A stretch of DNA of 64,000 bases from Rhizobium sp. Q54 (GTDB taxonomy: Bacteria; Pseudomonadota; Alphaproteobacteria; UBA7879; VGCX01). The notes beneath the pieces were generated by a model, which was not told where the DNA came from, ran no database searches, and saw only the letters and a program-made list of their open reading frames with translations. Position numbers and translations under genes: made by a program. The DNA lies in assembly GCA_945870825.1 (NCBI GenBank), contig CAMBTM010000005.1, positions 33 through 64,032 of the forward strand, written 5' to 3'. Below, piece after piece: positions 9,187 through 18,357 of this stretch (positions within the stretch are counted from its first letter, which is position 1; every line of letters starts with the position of its first letter).

Positions 9187-9962
9187 GCATCACCGACGCG
9201 ACGATCAAAAGATATCACAGCATGACGCTTGGCCTTCACTGTCCCATCGGTATTTTTAGATTGATGCGCTTGGTGGGCACTAAATCCTGCTGCATAAAGA
9301 CGCCCTGGGTGCACTCCACGACTGATCAAATATTGAACAATGGTCACAGCCCTAGCTGAAGCCAAGATCCAGTTGGATGAGAAAGGCTTTTTTGACTTAA
9401 GCCTTCTTGCATCGGTATGCCCCATGACTTTAATCACCCAGTTGGCCTCAGGGGATATCTTTTGTTCAAGGGTTTTAATGGTGATGGCAATTTGATTCAA
9501 AACCTCCTGAGCTTTGGTCGATAAAACGGCAGAAGCACTAGCAAAGAAAATATCATCTTTAAAAATGAATTTACCTTCAATCAAATCAATCCCTGGATAC
9601 GCATCCCCGATAGCTTCATGAAGATGGGATAAAAATGTATTTTCTGGTGTATGAAGCGCTGTACGCAGCATGTTATTGTCTGATACTTCTTGATTTAGTT
9701 TTTGCTCTAGAACAGGAATTTCTTCTGTTGCCGTTCTCTGAAGGGCTGCTAAATTTTGCATGGCACTGGTGAGTTGCATTTGAAGTTGTTTGTTTTCATT
9801 TTGCATCGCCCGTACTTGATCTTGAAGGACACCGTTAGACCGCTCTGTTTTTTTCAACAGTTCCCCTTCGAAGAAGACGTAATCCGCCAGTACAATGCTG
9901 CCACAGATGAGAATGACAAAAAGAAAGCCCGCCGCAAGATTGAAAAGAAAATCTTTATTCAT
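9183..9962 (-). CDS. Membrane-anchored coiled-coil plus OmpA/MotB-type peptidoglycan-binding protein
   Basis: N-terminal TM segment, coiled coil, then DIFFASASA, VMGHTD, SNWILASARAVTIVQYL, RLYAAGF. Confidence 0.85.
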   Translation of the reverse strand: MNKDFLFNLAAGFLFVILICGSIVLADYVFFEGELLKKTERSNGVLQDQVRAMQNENKQLQMQLTSAMQNLAALQRTATEEIPVLEQKLNQEVSDNNMLRTALHTPENTFLSHLHEAIGDAYPGIDLIEGKFIFKDDIFFASASAVLSTKAQEVLNQIAITIKTLEQKISPEANWVIKVMGHTDARRLKSKKPFSSNWILASARAVTIVQYLISRGVHPGRLYAAGFSAHQAHQSKNTDGTVKAKRHAVISFDRRVGDA

Positions 9963-10047
9963 GATTGCCCCCAAAATTCTTATTTTTATCTTTATTATTT
10001 AACACTAGCACAGAAAAATATGCGGAGCTAGAGGGATTATGTATGTG

Positions 10048-10064
10048 TGTATGAGCTTAGTACA
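10048..10064 (-). promoter_or_regulatory. 17-bp motif copy 2 (TGTACTAAGCTCATACA on the minus strand)
   Basis: 15/17 match to the copies at 2044 and 55331. Lies in the divergent intergenic region upstream of the ubiquitin-like gene. Confidence 0.45.
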
Positions 10065-10201
10065 AACAACACTCAAGCATAAGAAATAAAGTTTTCATAA
10101 TAAAAAACCAAATAATAAATTAATTTATGAAAAACAATACATTGAAATAACCCATAATTTCTATTAAATTAAATATTAGTGGATATTGAAAGGATGATAA
10201 A

Positions 10202-10561
10202 ATGTTGAAATATTTAGTGATATTATGTGCAATTTTTTCTTCTCCCCTTGCAAAAGCCTCGGCGGGAGCTGGAGCTGGCGCACCAATTGATGTGCTACCA
10301 CCCCGTATGACGATGATAAGTTTTAGATGCTTATCCCGGGAAAACTGGCCAGGTTTCCATATGCATCTGGATGTCCATCAAACTCTTAGGCAATTTAAAA
10401 TTCGTTTATCCGAAGAGCTTTTCGCGTTCGGTTGGATGGACGCTGTGAATCCAGATAGAATTGCCTTTGGGGGGCGTCGCATGAATGAGGATAATGATGA
10501 TGAAACCGTATTCAATCTGGGTATTATGGATCTGGGTCGTGTTCAATTCTTTATACGTTAG
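10202..10561 (+). CDS. Secreted small protein with a ubiquitin-like (beta-grasp) domain
   Basis: RBS AAAGGA, signal peptide ([19 protein letters not shown]), AGAGAGAP linker, then [32 protein letters not shown] aligning by eye with ubiquitin. ORF is solid; the fold call is inference. Confidence 0.65.
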   Translation: [119 protein letters not shown]

Positions 10562-10756
10562 TTTTGCTGAATTTAAGGTAGCATGGGGATCTCGTTAAAC
10601 CACTAAAGAGGTCTCCATGTCGATAAGGTATAATAAGATCAAAAAATTGTATGAATTCAGAAAAGATCCGACTCCCTCACCCTTTTTCTTAACCCCAAAT
10701 CTCATTTAAGCAAAAGCAGACAAGATGGCTATGAACAATAGGTTTTGCTGGGTAAA

Positions 10757-11740
10757 TTATGCTTGCGCCTGTTCAATCAGTCGATCCATGATGGATTGAA
10801 CGGGGAGTTCTTCTTTGACCATCCCGACACTTTGGCCTGCCATGACGGACCCTGTCTCCACGTCACCATCAACCACAGCCCGTCTTAGGGCACCTGCCCA
10901 GAAATGCTCGATTTCCAACTGCCCTTCTTGTTGGGTGATGTCCCCCTTGTCAAAGCGACTGATAACGTCTTTTTGGATGTCCATAAATTTTTTTGTCCCC
11001 TCATTTTTTATACCGCGAACCGGAATGATAGGAAACCGAGGATCGAGTTGTGGAGAAGGGATGGCATCCCTGGCGCTACTGCGGATAAAAATATCTTTAA
11101 ATTTAGGGTGAGCCTGGCATTCCGTTGAACAAACGAAAAGAGTCCCCAGCTGACATCCTGCCGCGCCCATTTTAAGGTACGAGGTGATGGCTTCACCGCG
11201 TGCAATACCGCCTGCTACAAACACGGGAACTTCTTTCACGTGGGGCAAAATTTCTTGGGCCAAAACGGTTGTGGAAACAGGCCCAATATGGCCACCTGCT
11301 TCCATGCCCTCAATCACCAGGGCATCAATGCCTAGTTTTATCAAACGTTTTGCAATAGCAAGAGATGGAGCAAAACAAATGACTTTAACGCCTGCTTGTT
11401 TTAAAGACTCAATAGCATAGGCCGGGGGAAGCCCCCCTGCTAATGCCACATGGGTGACTTTTTCGTCAATACAAACTTGGATCAAGTCTTGAAGGGCTGG
11501 ATGCATGGTAATAAGATTCACCCCAAAAGGTTTTTGAGTCATGGCCTGGGTGGCCTTGATTTCGAGCCTGAGACGTTCAGGATCCATGGAACCTGATGCC
11601 AACATACCAAATCCCCCCGCATTCGAAATAGCTGACACAAGGGTACGTTCTGAAACCCACGTCATGGCACCGCCCAAAATAGCATATTTTGTTCCTAAAA
11701 AATCTGTTCCACGCTTCCAAAGCGTTTGTAATACTGTCAT
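10757..11740 (-). CDS. Nitronate monooxygenase / FabK-like FMN oxidoreductase
   Basis: ILGGAMTWVS, SNAGGFG, PFGVN, EGMEAGGHIG, VAGGI, GSVMAGQSVG. Confidence 0.93.
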   Translation of the reverse strand: MTVLQTLWKRGTDFLGTKYAILGGAMTWVSERTLVSAISNAGGFGMLASGSMDPERLRLEIKATQAMTQKPFGVNLITMHPALQDLIQVCIDEKVTHVALAGGLPPAYAIESLKQAGVKVICFAPSLAIAKRLIKLGIDALVIEGMEAGGHIGPVSTTVLAQEILPHVKEVPVFVAGGIARGEAITSYLKMGAAGCQLGTLFVCSTECQAHPKFKDIFIRSSARDAIPSPQLDPRFPIIPVRGIKNEGTKKFMDIQKDVISRFDKGDITQQEGQLEIEHFWAGALRRAVVDGDVETGSVMAGQSVGMVKEELPVQSIMDRLIEQAQA

Positions 11741-11768
11741 GGTATATACTTATGAATACGGAGTTAAA

Positions 11769-12548
11769 ATGAAGTTTATCAATACCATGGAACAGAATAA
11801 AGATCAAGGAAGTCTAGATCCAGAAGAGGTCCTGCAGTTTGATCAAGAGGCTGAGGCCTGGTGGGATCCCAACGGTATCTTTAAACCCCTGCATGAAATG
11901 AATCCTTGCCGTCTTCATATTATTAAAAATTATTTATGTGATTATTTTAATCGTGCATATGCTGAGAAAAAACCTCTTGCTGGCTTAAAGATACTGGATA
12001 TTGGCTGTGGCGGAGGACTTTTAACAGAACCTCTAGCACGCCTTGGGGCAACGGTTACAGGTCTTGATGCGGGGATTCGCAGTATTGAAACAGCAAGGTG
12101 TCATGCCCAGGCCATGGAGATCGATATTGCTTACCATGCCATGACAGCTGAAGCCTTTGTTGATATGGGACATCAATTTGACTGTGTCATCAGTTTGGAA
12201 GTTTTAGAGCATTTGGCCTCCATACCCCCCTTTCTAAAGGCCTGTCAAAAACTTTTGAATCCTCAAGGAACATTGATTTTATCGACCCTTAACCGAACGC
12301 CGAAATCCTTTCTAGGAGCCATCGTTGCGGGTGAATATATCCTAAAATGGCTTCCGCGCGGGACACATGACTGGAAAAAATTTATCAAGCCGTCTGAACT
12401 TGCGGGGTATTTAAGCGCGCAAGGGTTGGCGGTAAAATCTTTCACCGGCATGGCCTATGATATTTTTTCAAGCACATGGCGACACACTCAACGGTTGGAC
12501 ATTAATTATTTCTGCATGGCTGAAAACCCTAGCAGTATTCAAGTATAA
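11769..12548 (+). CDS. ubiG: Ubiquinone biosynthesis O-methyltransferase
   Basis: WWDPNG.FKPLHEMNP.R, LDIGCGGGLL.EPLARLGA, GTHDWKKFIKPSEL. Start moved to the ATG at 11769, which follows GGAG. Confidence 0.95.
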   Translation: MKFINTMEQNKDQGSLDPEEVLQFDQEAEAWWDPNGIFKPLHEMNPCRLHIIKNYLCDYFNRAYAEKKPLAGLKILDIGCGGGLLTEPLARLGATVTGLDAGIRSIETARCHAQAMEIDIAYHAMTAEAFVDMGHQFDCVISLEVLEHLASIPPFLKACQKLLNPQGTLILSTLNRTPKSFLGAIVAGEYILKWLPRGTHDWKKFIKPSELAGYLSAQGLAVKSFTGMAYDIFSSTWRHTQRLDINYFCMAENPSSIQV

Positions 12549-12646
12549 AAATAGAAAATAACAGTATATTTCCCAGTTTAATATTTCTATTTGCAGATTT
12601 TTATTTTTTTGCTACACTGAAGTAAAGAACAAACAGGGTTATACAC

Positions 12647-13162
12647 ATGAATACAGTTAAAAAAATGGCAACAAAGCCTGTCAAAAGGCAGGGAAGAAAC
12701 TCCTCCAAAGAAGTGAGTCTTGGTGTTTTGATAAGGCGTGCACGCTTAGCCCGCAAAGAAACATTAGGGGGTGTTTCCAAAGTTCTTCACATTCGAGAAA
12801 ATTATCTCAAAGCAATTGAAGAGGATCGTTCTCAGGATCTTCCAAAAGAGATGACTTATTCTATCGGCTTTGTCAGATCGTACGCTCAGTTTTTGGGCCT
12901 AGACCCTGCTGAAATTGTTGGCGCATTTAAACGACAACACATTCCGTCCACAAGCCCCATCGCACAAGCGCCTCAAGAGGTTGTCTGCAGTGAGGTAGAG
13001 ATGCCCGTTGCACAGCAAGAAAAAGAAGCGACTCATTTTCTCATGGGATGGGTTTTCTTTGCAGCGGCTTTCATCATGATTTTAACATTAAGAGACAGTA
13101 TGCCGCTTCCTGAAGCTATCAAGAATGCATTGGATTTTTTTGCAAAGATCTTCTGGGAATAA
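12647..13162 (+). CDS. rodZ: RodZ-like HTH plus TM protein without a periplasmic domain
   Basis: LG..IRRAR, LHIRENYLKAIEE, LP...Y.IGFVRSYAQFLGLD, then one TM segment and a short tail. Confidence 0.8.
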   Translation: MNTVKKMATKPVKRQGRNSSKEVSLGVLIRRARLARKETLGGVSKVLHIRENYLKAIEEDRSQDLPKEMTYSIGFVRSYAQFLGLDPAEIVGAFKRQHIPSTSPIAQAPQEVVCSEVEMPVAQQEKEATHFLMGWVFFAAAFIMILTLRDSMPLPEAIKNALDFFAKIFWE

Positions 13163-13193
13163 TAATTAAGGACTGACAAGGGGGCGAATAATA

Positions 13194-13269
<76 letters not shown>

Positions 13270-13460
13270 TTAGCTATATACCCGCACATTCTTATCAAAA
13301 AACACTATAAAAATCTATAGCGAAATATAATTTTCTTGGACGCACTTTTTTGGAAACACTTTTTTCCATGCGAACAAGCCCTTCTGACATCAAATAAATT
13401 AAAATAAATCAAATTTGTCATATGCATGCAAAGTAATAAATGTTTATTATGGAGTATTTA

Positions 13461-14153
13461 ATGATGAATAACTTAAAAGAAATAGAATTTTTAAACGAAG
13501 ACTACTTTATCCATGCCCGTGATAACATGGTATTGCATCAGCTTATTCCGTTCGGGGTCAAGAATCCGGCACTATTGCGGGCATTTTCTGATGTTCCTCG
13601 GGAGGTTTTTTTAGATGTAAACCAAAAGCAAACGGCCTATGCGGATACGCTGATTCCATTGAATTTTCACGGGATTATGTTGCCTCCTCACTTTTTAGGA
13701 AGACTTTTGGAAGAGGCTCCGTTAGATAGTCAAGGCAAAGCCATGGTCATCGGTGTTGGCTCTGGGTATGCGTCCGCTATTTTAAGTTCTTTAATGTCCT
13801 TGGTTTTTTTGCTGGAAAGTCATAAAGTGTTGGCCCTCAAAGAAGAAGAAACAATGAAGGATTTAGGGTTGGATAATATATTCGTTATAGAAGGCCCCCT
13901 GACAGAAGGGGTGAAAGACCAAGGGGTATTTGATTTGATTTTGATTGAAGGGGCCATCACCCATGTGCCATCAGACATTTTTGATCAGTTATCCCCAACG
14001 GGAGTATTGCTGACTTTTATCAATCGAGGCCCATCTGTGAAGGAAGCAACATGCTTTCGAAAGCAAAAATGTGGATGGCGTTCAACGGTACTCTTTGAGG
14101 CGAACGTTCCGATATTGCACGCCTTTGAAACAAGTAATGTATTTTCTTTTTAA
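13461..14153 (+). CDS. pcm: Protein-L-isoaspartate O-methyltransferase-like
   Basis: ARDNMV..QL, VPREVF, AY.D, IGVGSGY, FDLILIEGA. GGAG RBS lies before 13461. Confidence 0.88.
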   Translation: MMNNLKEIEFLNEDYFIHARDNMVLHQLIPFGVKNPALLRAFSDVPREVFLDVNQKQTAYADTLIPLNFHGIMLPPHFLGRLLEEAPLDSQGKAMVIGVGSGYASAILSSLMSLVFLLESHKVLALKEEETMKDLGLDNIFVIEGPLTEGVKDQGVFDLILIEGAITHVPSDIFDQLSPTGVLLTFINRGPSVKEATCFRKQKCGWRSTVLFEANVPILHAFETSNVFSF

Positions 14154-14175
14154 CCAACAGGAAAGGATCAGGGCT

Positions 14176-14505
14176 ATGAAAAATACACCCATGGAATTGA
14201 CTGTTCAAGAACTTAACACGCTTCTTAAGACACCTCATAAGATATTCGTCTTAGACGTGAGACAAGATTGGGAAGTGGATATTGCCCGTTTACAAGGCTC
14301 TGTTCATATTCCACTGGATAGTATTGCGGATCATTTGTCAGATTTGCCACCCTATCCCGAAGCTTTCGTGGTCATGTGCCATCATGGGGTGCGTAGCCTT
14401 AAGGTTACAACCTGGCTTCGTGAAAGAGGCTATCAGGCTATCAACCTAAAAGGTGGAATTGATGCCTGGACTAAAGAAATCGATCCAGAAATCCCACGAT
14501 ATTGA
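14176..14505 (+). CDS. Single-domain rhodanese (sulfurtransferase)
   Basis: LDVRQDWE, HIPL, CHHGVRS, NLKGGIDAW, IDP.IPRY. Confidence 0.93.
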   Translation: MKNTPMELTVQELNTLLKTPHKIFVLDVRQDWEVDIARLQGSVHIPLDSIADHLSDLPPYPEAFVVMCHHGVRSLKVTTWLRERGYQAINLKGGIDAWTKEIDPEIPRY

Positions 14506-14561
14506 AATAATACGATAAAAAAGTTATTATAATACAATCATCTAATCAAAGGATATATATC

Positions 14562-15140
14562 ATGAATACAAAGAGATTTTTATTAAGTGCATTTTTATGC
14601 TTAACACCTCTTGTAGAAAATGCAAATGGAGTAGAATTGGGGGCGGGGTCGACACCAGCTGATCGAGGGTATGATCGTAGAAAAGAATTGGATGTTCGGT
14701 TTTATGGGCCTAATAATATTTTCCCAAATCGAGGCAGTTTCACTGATGAGGTGGGCAGTTCCTTGGATAGGCATGCGGCGGGGAGTTTTTGGGATAGGGG
14801 GTATAAGGTGGGCAGCGGATTAAGTGATGAGGTGAGCACCGGATTCAGTGATGATGTGTACACCGGATTCAGTGATGAGATGAGCATCAGATTTGATTTG
14901 AGCATGACCATGAAAGAATTTATAATCGACGTATTAAAAAAAATTATTGATGAAGAAATGCCTGGCTTTAAAAGTTTGATAGGCATAGACCTTTCCGATT
15001 ATTCTATTATATTTCAAGGCGTGAATTTTGATTCTGCTCTAACCTTTAATGCGGCTAATGAAATATTGACTAGGATGGGCAAACCTATGATAGAAAGTGG
15101 CGGCCTTGTTAATATCTTAAAAATAACAAGGGAGGGGTAA
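14562..15140 (+). CDS. Secreted protein with internal 8-aa repeats and a probable C-terminal ubiquitin-like domain
   Basis: RBS AAAGGA, signal peptide, GAGSTP linker, (V.TGFSDE)x3, then SIRFDLSMTMKEF...YSIIFQGVNFDSALTF...IESGGLVNILKITREG. Confidence 0.6.
   Translation: MNTKRFLLSAFLCLTPLVENANGVELGAGSTPADRGYDRRKELDVRFYGPNNIFPNRGSFTDEVGSSLDRHAAGSFWDRGYKVGSGLSDEVSTGFSDDVYTGFSDEMSIRFDLSMTMKEFIIDVLKKIIDEEMPGFKSLIGIDLSDYSIIFQGVNFDSALTFNAANEILTRMGKPMIESGGLVNILKITREG
14808..14879 (+). repeat. In-frame 24-bp tandem repeat x3
   Basis: GTGGGCAGCGGATTAAGTGATGAG / GTGAGCACCGGATTCAGTGATGAT / GTGTACACCGGATTCAGTGATGAG, with a partial copy near 14733-14759. Confidence 0.85.
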
Positions 15141-15148
15141 GAGTCTAC

Positions 15149-16294
15149 CTAACATTTCAACACAACCTCTGCGGCGGCGGCACTTGGTCGCTGCCCCGTA
15201 GGGGCCAGCATTGATTCAACCCGTTCAAATGCACGCAGCTGTTTATCCCGAAGTGACTCACTTTGCATGAGCTGAAGGAGGGCATTGCTGAGGATCTCTG
15301 GACGACAGCGTTCTTGGATAAATTCTGGCACAATCATCCGCTTTAAAAGAATATTAACCATGCAGATATAAGGAATCTGGATCAGACGCTTCACAAGCCA
15401 AATGGTCAAAGGATTCCCCTTGTAAGCGATAATCATCGGGACCCGGGCCAAAGCTAACTCTAAAGAAATGGTTCCAGATGCCGCAAGGGCCACACGACTG
15501 GCCGCATAGGCGTTCTGTTTATCTTCTTTCGTTGTTACGATTGTTAACGGACAACCCCACCCTTCTTGTGGAATGAGTGGCACCAAAAAATCCAAGGATG
15601 GGATTATGATGTGAATTTTTTTGCCCTTTGCAGACAGAAGTTGGCTTGTCTTTTGAAACGTCGCAAGGTGATGGGAAAGTTCCCCAAGACGGCTTCCTGG
15701 TAAAAAAAGCAAAATATCGTGTGTATAAGGAATAGCATATTTTTTCCGCAAAGCAGCCCCGTCCCCCTGGCGCATCCCTTCTTCCATTAAGGGATGTCCC
15801 ACAAAGGTTGTAGGAAGACCATATTTTTCAAAATAGGGGGGCTCAAAAGGAAAAAGAACACAAAGATGGTCTAGGAATTTTGCAATTGCTTTGGCTCGCC
15901 AAGGACGCCAGGCCCATACTGTAGGGCCTCCATAATGTAAATGACGAATACCAGAATCCTTCAATTTTTTACCCAGTTTAAAATTAAACCCCGGGAAATC
16001 AATGGTGATCAAAAGATCGGGTTTTTCTTGCATAATACGATTTTTTAAAAATGTGAGATGTTGATAAAGACGGTAAGTTTTTCCAATGTTTTCAAAAATA
16101 CCCATGACCGAGAAATCAGAAAAAGGCAGCACCTCTTTAAGGCCAGCATCCACCATCTGCCGCCCCCCTACCCCTTCAAAAACGAATGTTTTACCTGTAT
16201 CTTGAAGGGCCTTCATCAGTTTCCCACCAATAAAGTCGCCAGATGGCTCACCCGCTATAATAAAAATCTTGAATTTCTTTTTCATGTGGGCCAT
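15149..16294 (-). CDS. lpxB: Lipid-A-disaccharide synthase
   Basis: IAGEPSGD, IDFPGFN, P.VWAWR..R, LPGSR, ASGT.SLELA. Confidence 0.96.
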   Translation of the reverse strand: MAHMKKKFKIFIIAGEPSGDFIGGKLMKALQDTGKTFVFEGVGGRQMVDAGLKEVLPFSDFSVMGIFENIGKTYRLYQHLTFLKNRIMQEKPDLLITIDFPGFNFKLGKKLKDSGIRHLHYGGPTVWAWRPWRAKAIAKFLDHLCVLFPFEPPYFEKYGLPTTFVGHPLMEEGMRQGDGAALRKKYAIPYTHDILLFLPGSRLGELSHHLATFQKTSQLLSAKGKKIHIIIPSLDFLVPLIPQEGWGCPLTIVTTKEDKQNAYAASRVALAASGTISLELALARVPMIIAYKGNPLTIWLVKRLIQIPYICMVNILLKRMIVPEFIQERCRPEILSNALLQLMQSESLRDKQLRAFERVESMLAPTGQRPSAAAAEVVLKC

Positions 16295-17121
16295 TCAGGG
16301 TCAATCGCAACCATAAAGAGACCGGCTTTGTCTAACGCTGCAATTACCTTATCTTTTTCTAAGACAAGGGTTGCTTTCGCTTCAATGGCAAGACCTTTCA
16401 ATCCCGCTTCTTTTAACCGCTGAATCGTCGTTGGGCCAATGGTTGGTAAATCCACCCGATGACTTTGACGCGGCTTTGTGAGTTTGACCAAAACCCCCCC
16501 ACGGTCTGTTTTATGGAGAAATTGAGTCCGTTGAATCAACCCATCTGTCCCCTCTGCCCCCTCAACGGATAAAATCACCCCGTCTTCCACAATCAAAGCC
16601 TGGCCGATATCAAGGGGCCCTAAGACCCTTAAGGCTGCAACCCCTCTTTGAATATCTTCTAAATCCTTAGGCGATGGCTCATGAACTCCACACGTTCCAA
16701 CTGGCACCTGGAGATCGCCCAAAATATCTTGAACGCCCACAACAGAAAATCCTTCCTCTTCCACAAGTTCCAAAATGCCGGACAATAATCCATCATCTCC
16801 AAAGACTTTAAAGCCTAGCTTAGAAAGCCACTTGGCCCCTGTTTTATCAAAGGTTAAATGTTTCAAGGAAGGTCGTTGGATGGCCCCTGCAAAAATAATC
16901 TCATGGACATTATTTTCACGAAAATAATCAATTGGTTCTTGGACAGCCCCCAGATTCACCCAATGGTGGGGTATATTTTCCACCAAGACTGGTTCTGTTT
17001 GCCCGTGAAGGGCCAAAACAACCACAGGTCGCTTTTGGCCAAGGCAGACGTTGATAAGCTTTTGAGGCAAAAGCCCCTTACCTGCAACAATACCCAAAGG
17101 AGATTCCATGGTCATGTTCAC
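16282..17121 (-). CDS. lpxI: UDP-2,3-diacylglucosamine diphosphatase
   Basis: GIVAG.G.LP, GDDGLL, DIGQA, EGAEGTD, KP.Q..RVDLPTIGP.T. Sits between lpxA and lpxB. Confidence 0.95.
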   Translation of the reverse strand: MNMTMESPLGIVAGKGLLPQKLINVCLGQKRPVVVLALHGQTEPVLVENIPHHWVNLGAVQEPIDYFRENNVHEIIFAGAIQRPSLKHLTFDKTGAKWLSKLGFKVFGDDGLLSGILELVEEEGFSVVGVQDILGDLQVPVGTCGVHEPSPKDLEDIQRGVAALRVLGPLDIGQALIVEDGVILSVEGAEGTDGLIQRTQFLHKTDRGGVLVKLTKPRQSHRVDLPTIGPTTIQRLKEAGLKGLAIEAKATLVLEKDKVIAALDKAGLFMVAIDPEWPT

Positions 17122-17900
17122 CGTTCAGGAAGGCATAAGGCCCGGTTGGTATCCGCCTGCATAAAATGAATAATTTCCATCACATACGGGTTATTGGCGA
17201 ACATTTCTGCAACATCTTGAATCCGTTCGCTTTGGGTTCCTTCATCTGCAAAAAGAAGCCGGTATGCACTACGCATATCGTGAATAGTTTCACGGGGTAA
17301 GCCTCGGCGTTTGAGCCCCACCAGATTAAGGCCACAAAGTCTTGCCCGATTACCAATAACAGACCCATAGGGAATCACATCATTTTCAATGCCTGACATG
17401 CCCCCAATGATGGCCCCTTGACCAATCCGGACAAATTGATGAATTCCAACCATGCCGCCAATATTGGCATAATCGCCAATCTGCACATGGCCCCCAAGGG
17501 TTGCATTGTTCGTTAAAAGCACATAGTTGCCGACCCTGCAATCATGGGCCACATGGGCTGCGACCATGATCATGCAATCATGCCCAATCACCGTTTCCAT
17601 GCCGCCTTTTTCCGTCCCGGGGTGGATGGTCACATGTTCTCGGATTAAACAGCGTGGTCCAATCTTGACCCAAGAAGGCTCCCCCTTGAAACTACGGTGT
17701 TGGGGATCTTGACCAATAGCGGAAAATGGGAAAATTTTCGTCCCTTCCCCCACATGTACATGGTTCGTTAACGACACATGGGATACAAGGTGAACATTAT
17801 CTTCTAAGGTGACGTGAGGCCCCACATGACAAAAGGGACCAATGATGACGTTATTTGCGATTTTTGCTTGAGGGTCAACAATAGCTGTGGGGTGAATCAT
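17118..17900 (-). CDS. lpxA: UDP-N-acetylglucosamine acyltransferase
   Basis: IHPTAIV, hexapeptide repeats, HVAHDC, HQFVRIG, GLNLVGLKRRG. Confidence 0.97.
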   Translation of the reverse strand: MIHPTAIVDPQAKIANNVIIGPFCHVGPHVTLEDNVHLVSHVSLTNHVHVGEGTKIFPFSAIGQDPQHRSFKGEPSWVKIGPRCLIREHVTIHPGTEKGGMETVIGHDCMIMVAAHVAHDCRVGNYVLLTNNATLGGHVQIGDYANIGGMVGIHQFVRIGQGAIIGGMSGIENDVIPYGSVIGNRARLCGLNLVGLKRRGLPRETIHDMRSAYRLLFADEGTQSERIQDVAEMFANNPYVMEIIHFMQADTNRALCLPER

Positions 17901-17901
17901 T

Positions 17902-18351
17902 TTACATCTCACCATCTGCAATCATGGCAGAAAAAGTGGCCTCTGCCATCAGGACATCATCCACTTTTGCTTCGCCGTAAAATTTCCAAACAGGCCCGCG
18001 GGAGCGGAGTTTTTTTACGCACAGCCGCAAGGTATGTCCCGGGACAACAGGTTTCCTAAAACGAGCTTCCTCTATCGACATAAAGTAAACCAATTTGCTG
18101 GACGGTGAATTCTTATATGCTGAATGCATTACAAGGACACCTGCTGTCTGTGCCATGGCTTCCACAATCAAAACCCCAGGCATGACCGGGGCATCGGGGA
18201 AGTGTCCTTGAAAAAACCATTCATTCATGGTGACGTTTTTAATGCCAACCGCTTCTTCGCCTTCAACAACATCCACCAACCGATCCACCAATAACATAGG
18301 ATACCGATGAGGAATCAACGATTGAATTTGTTTAATATCCAGTTCTTGCAT
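17902..18351 (-). CDS. fabZ: 3-hydroxyacyl-ACP dehydratase
   Basis: [29 protein letters not shown]. Confidence 0.97.
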   Translation of the reverse strand: MQELDIKQIQSLIPHRYPMLLVDRLVDVVEGEEAVGIKNVTMNEWFFQGHFPDAPVMPGVLIVEAMAQTAGVLVMHSAYKNSPSSKLVYFMSIEEARFRKPVVPGHTLRLCVKKLRSRGPVWKFYGEAKVDDVLMAEATFSAMIADGEM

Positions 18352-18357
18352 AATCTT

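Noticed and set aside
10582-10619. Hairpin CATGGGGATCTC...GAGGTCTCCATG as an sRNA or terminator
   Set aside because: No U-tract and no other support. It may be a 3' stabilising stem but cannot be called.
11541-11768. 76-aa N-terminal extension of UbiG in the ORF track
   Set aside because: It is antisense to the nitronate-monooxygenase-like gene. An RBS and UbiG similarity begin at 11769.
14071-14175. N-terminal extension of the rhodanese ORF
   Set aside because: It overlaps pcm in another frame. The ATG at 14176 follows AAGGA.
14733-14900. CRISPR-like array
   Set aside because: The units are contiguous in-frame 24-mers with no unique spacers, and no cas genes are present.
14176-15140. Rhodanese plus beta-grasp protein as a ThiS/MoaD-type sulfur relay
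   Set aside because: The beta-grasp candidate has a signal peptide and ends in REG rather than GG, and no E1/ThiF gene is nearby. The adjacency is probably incidental.
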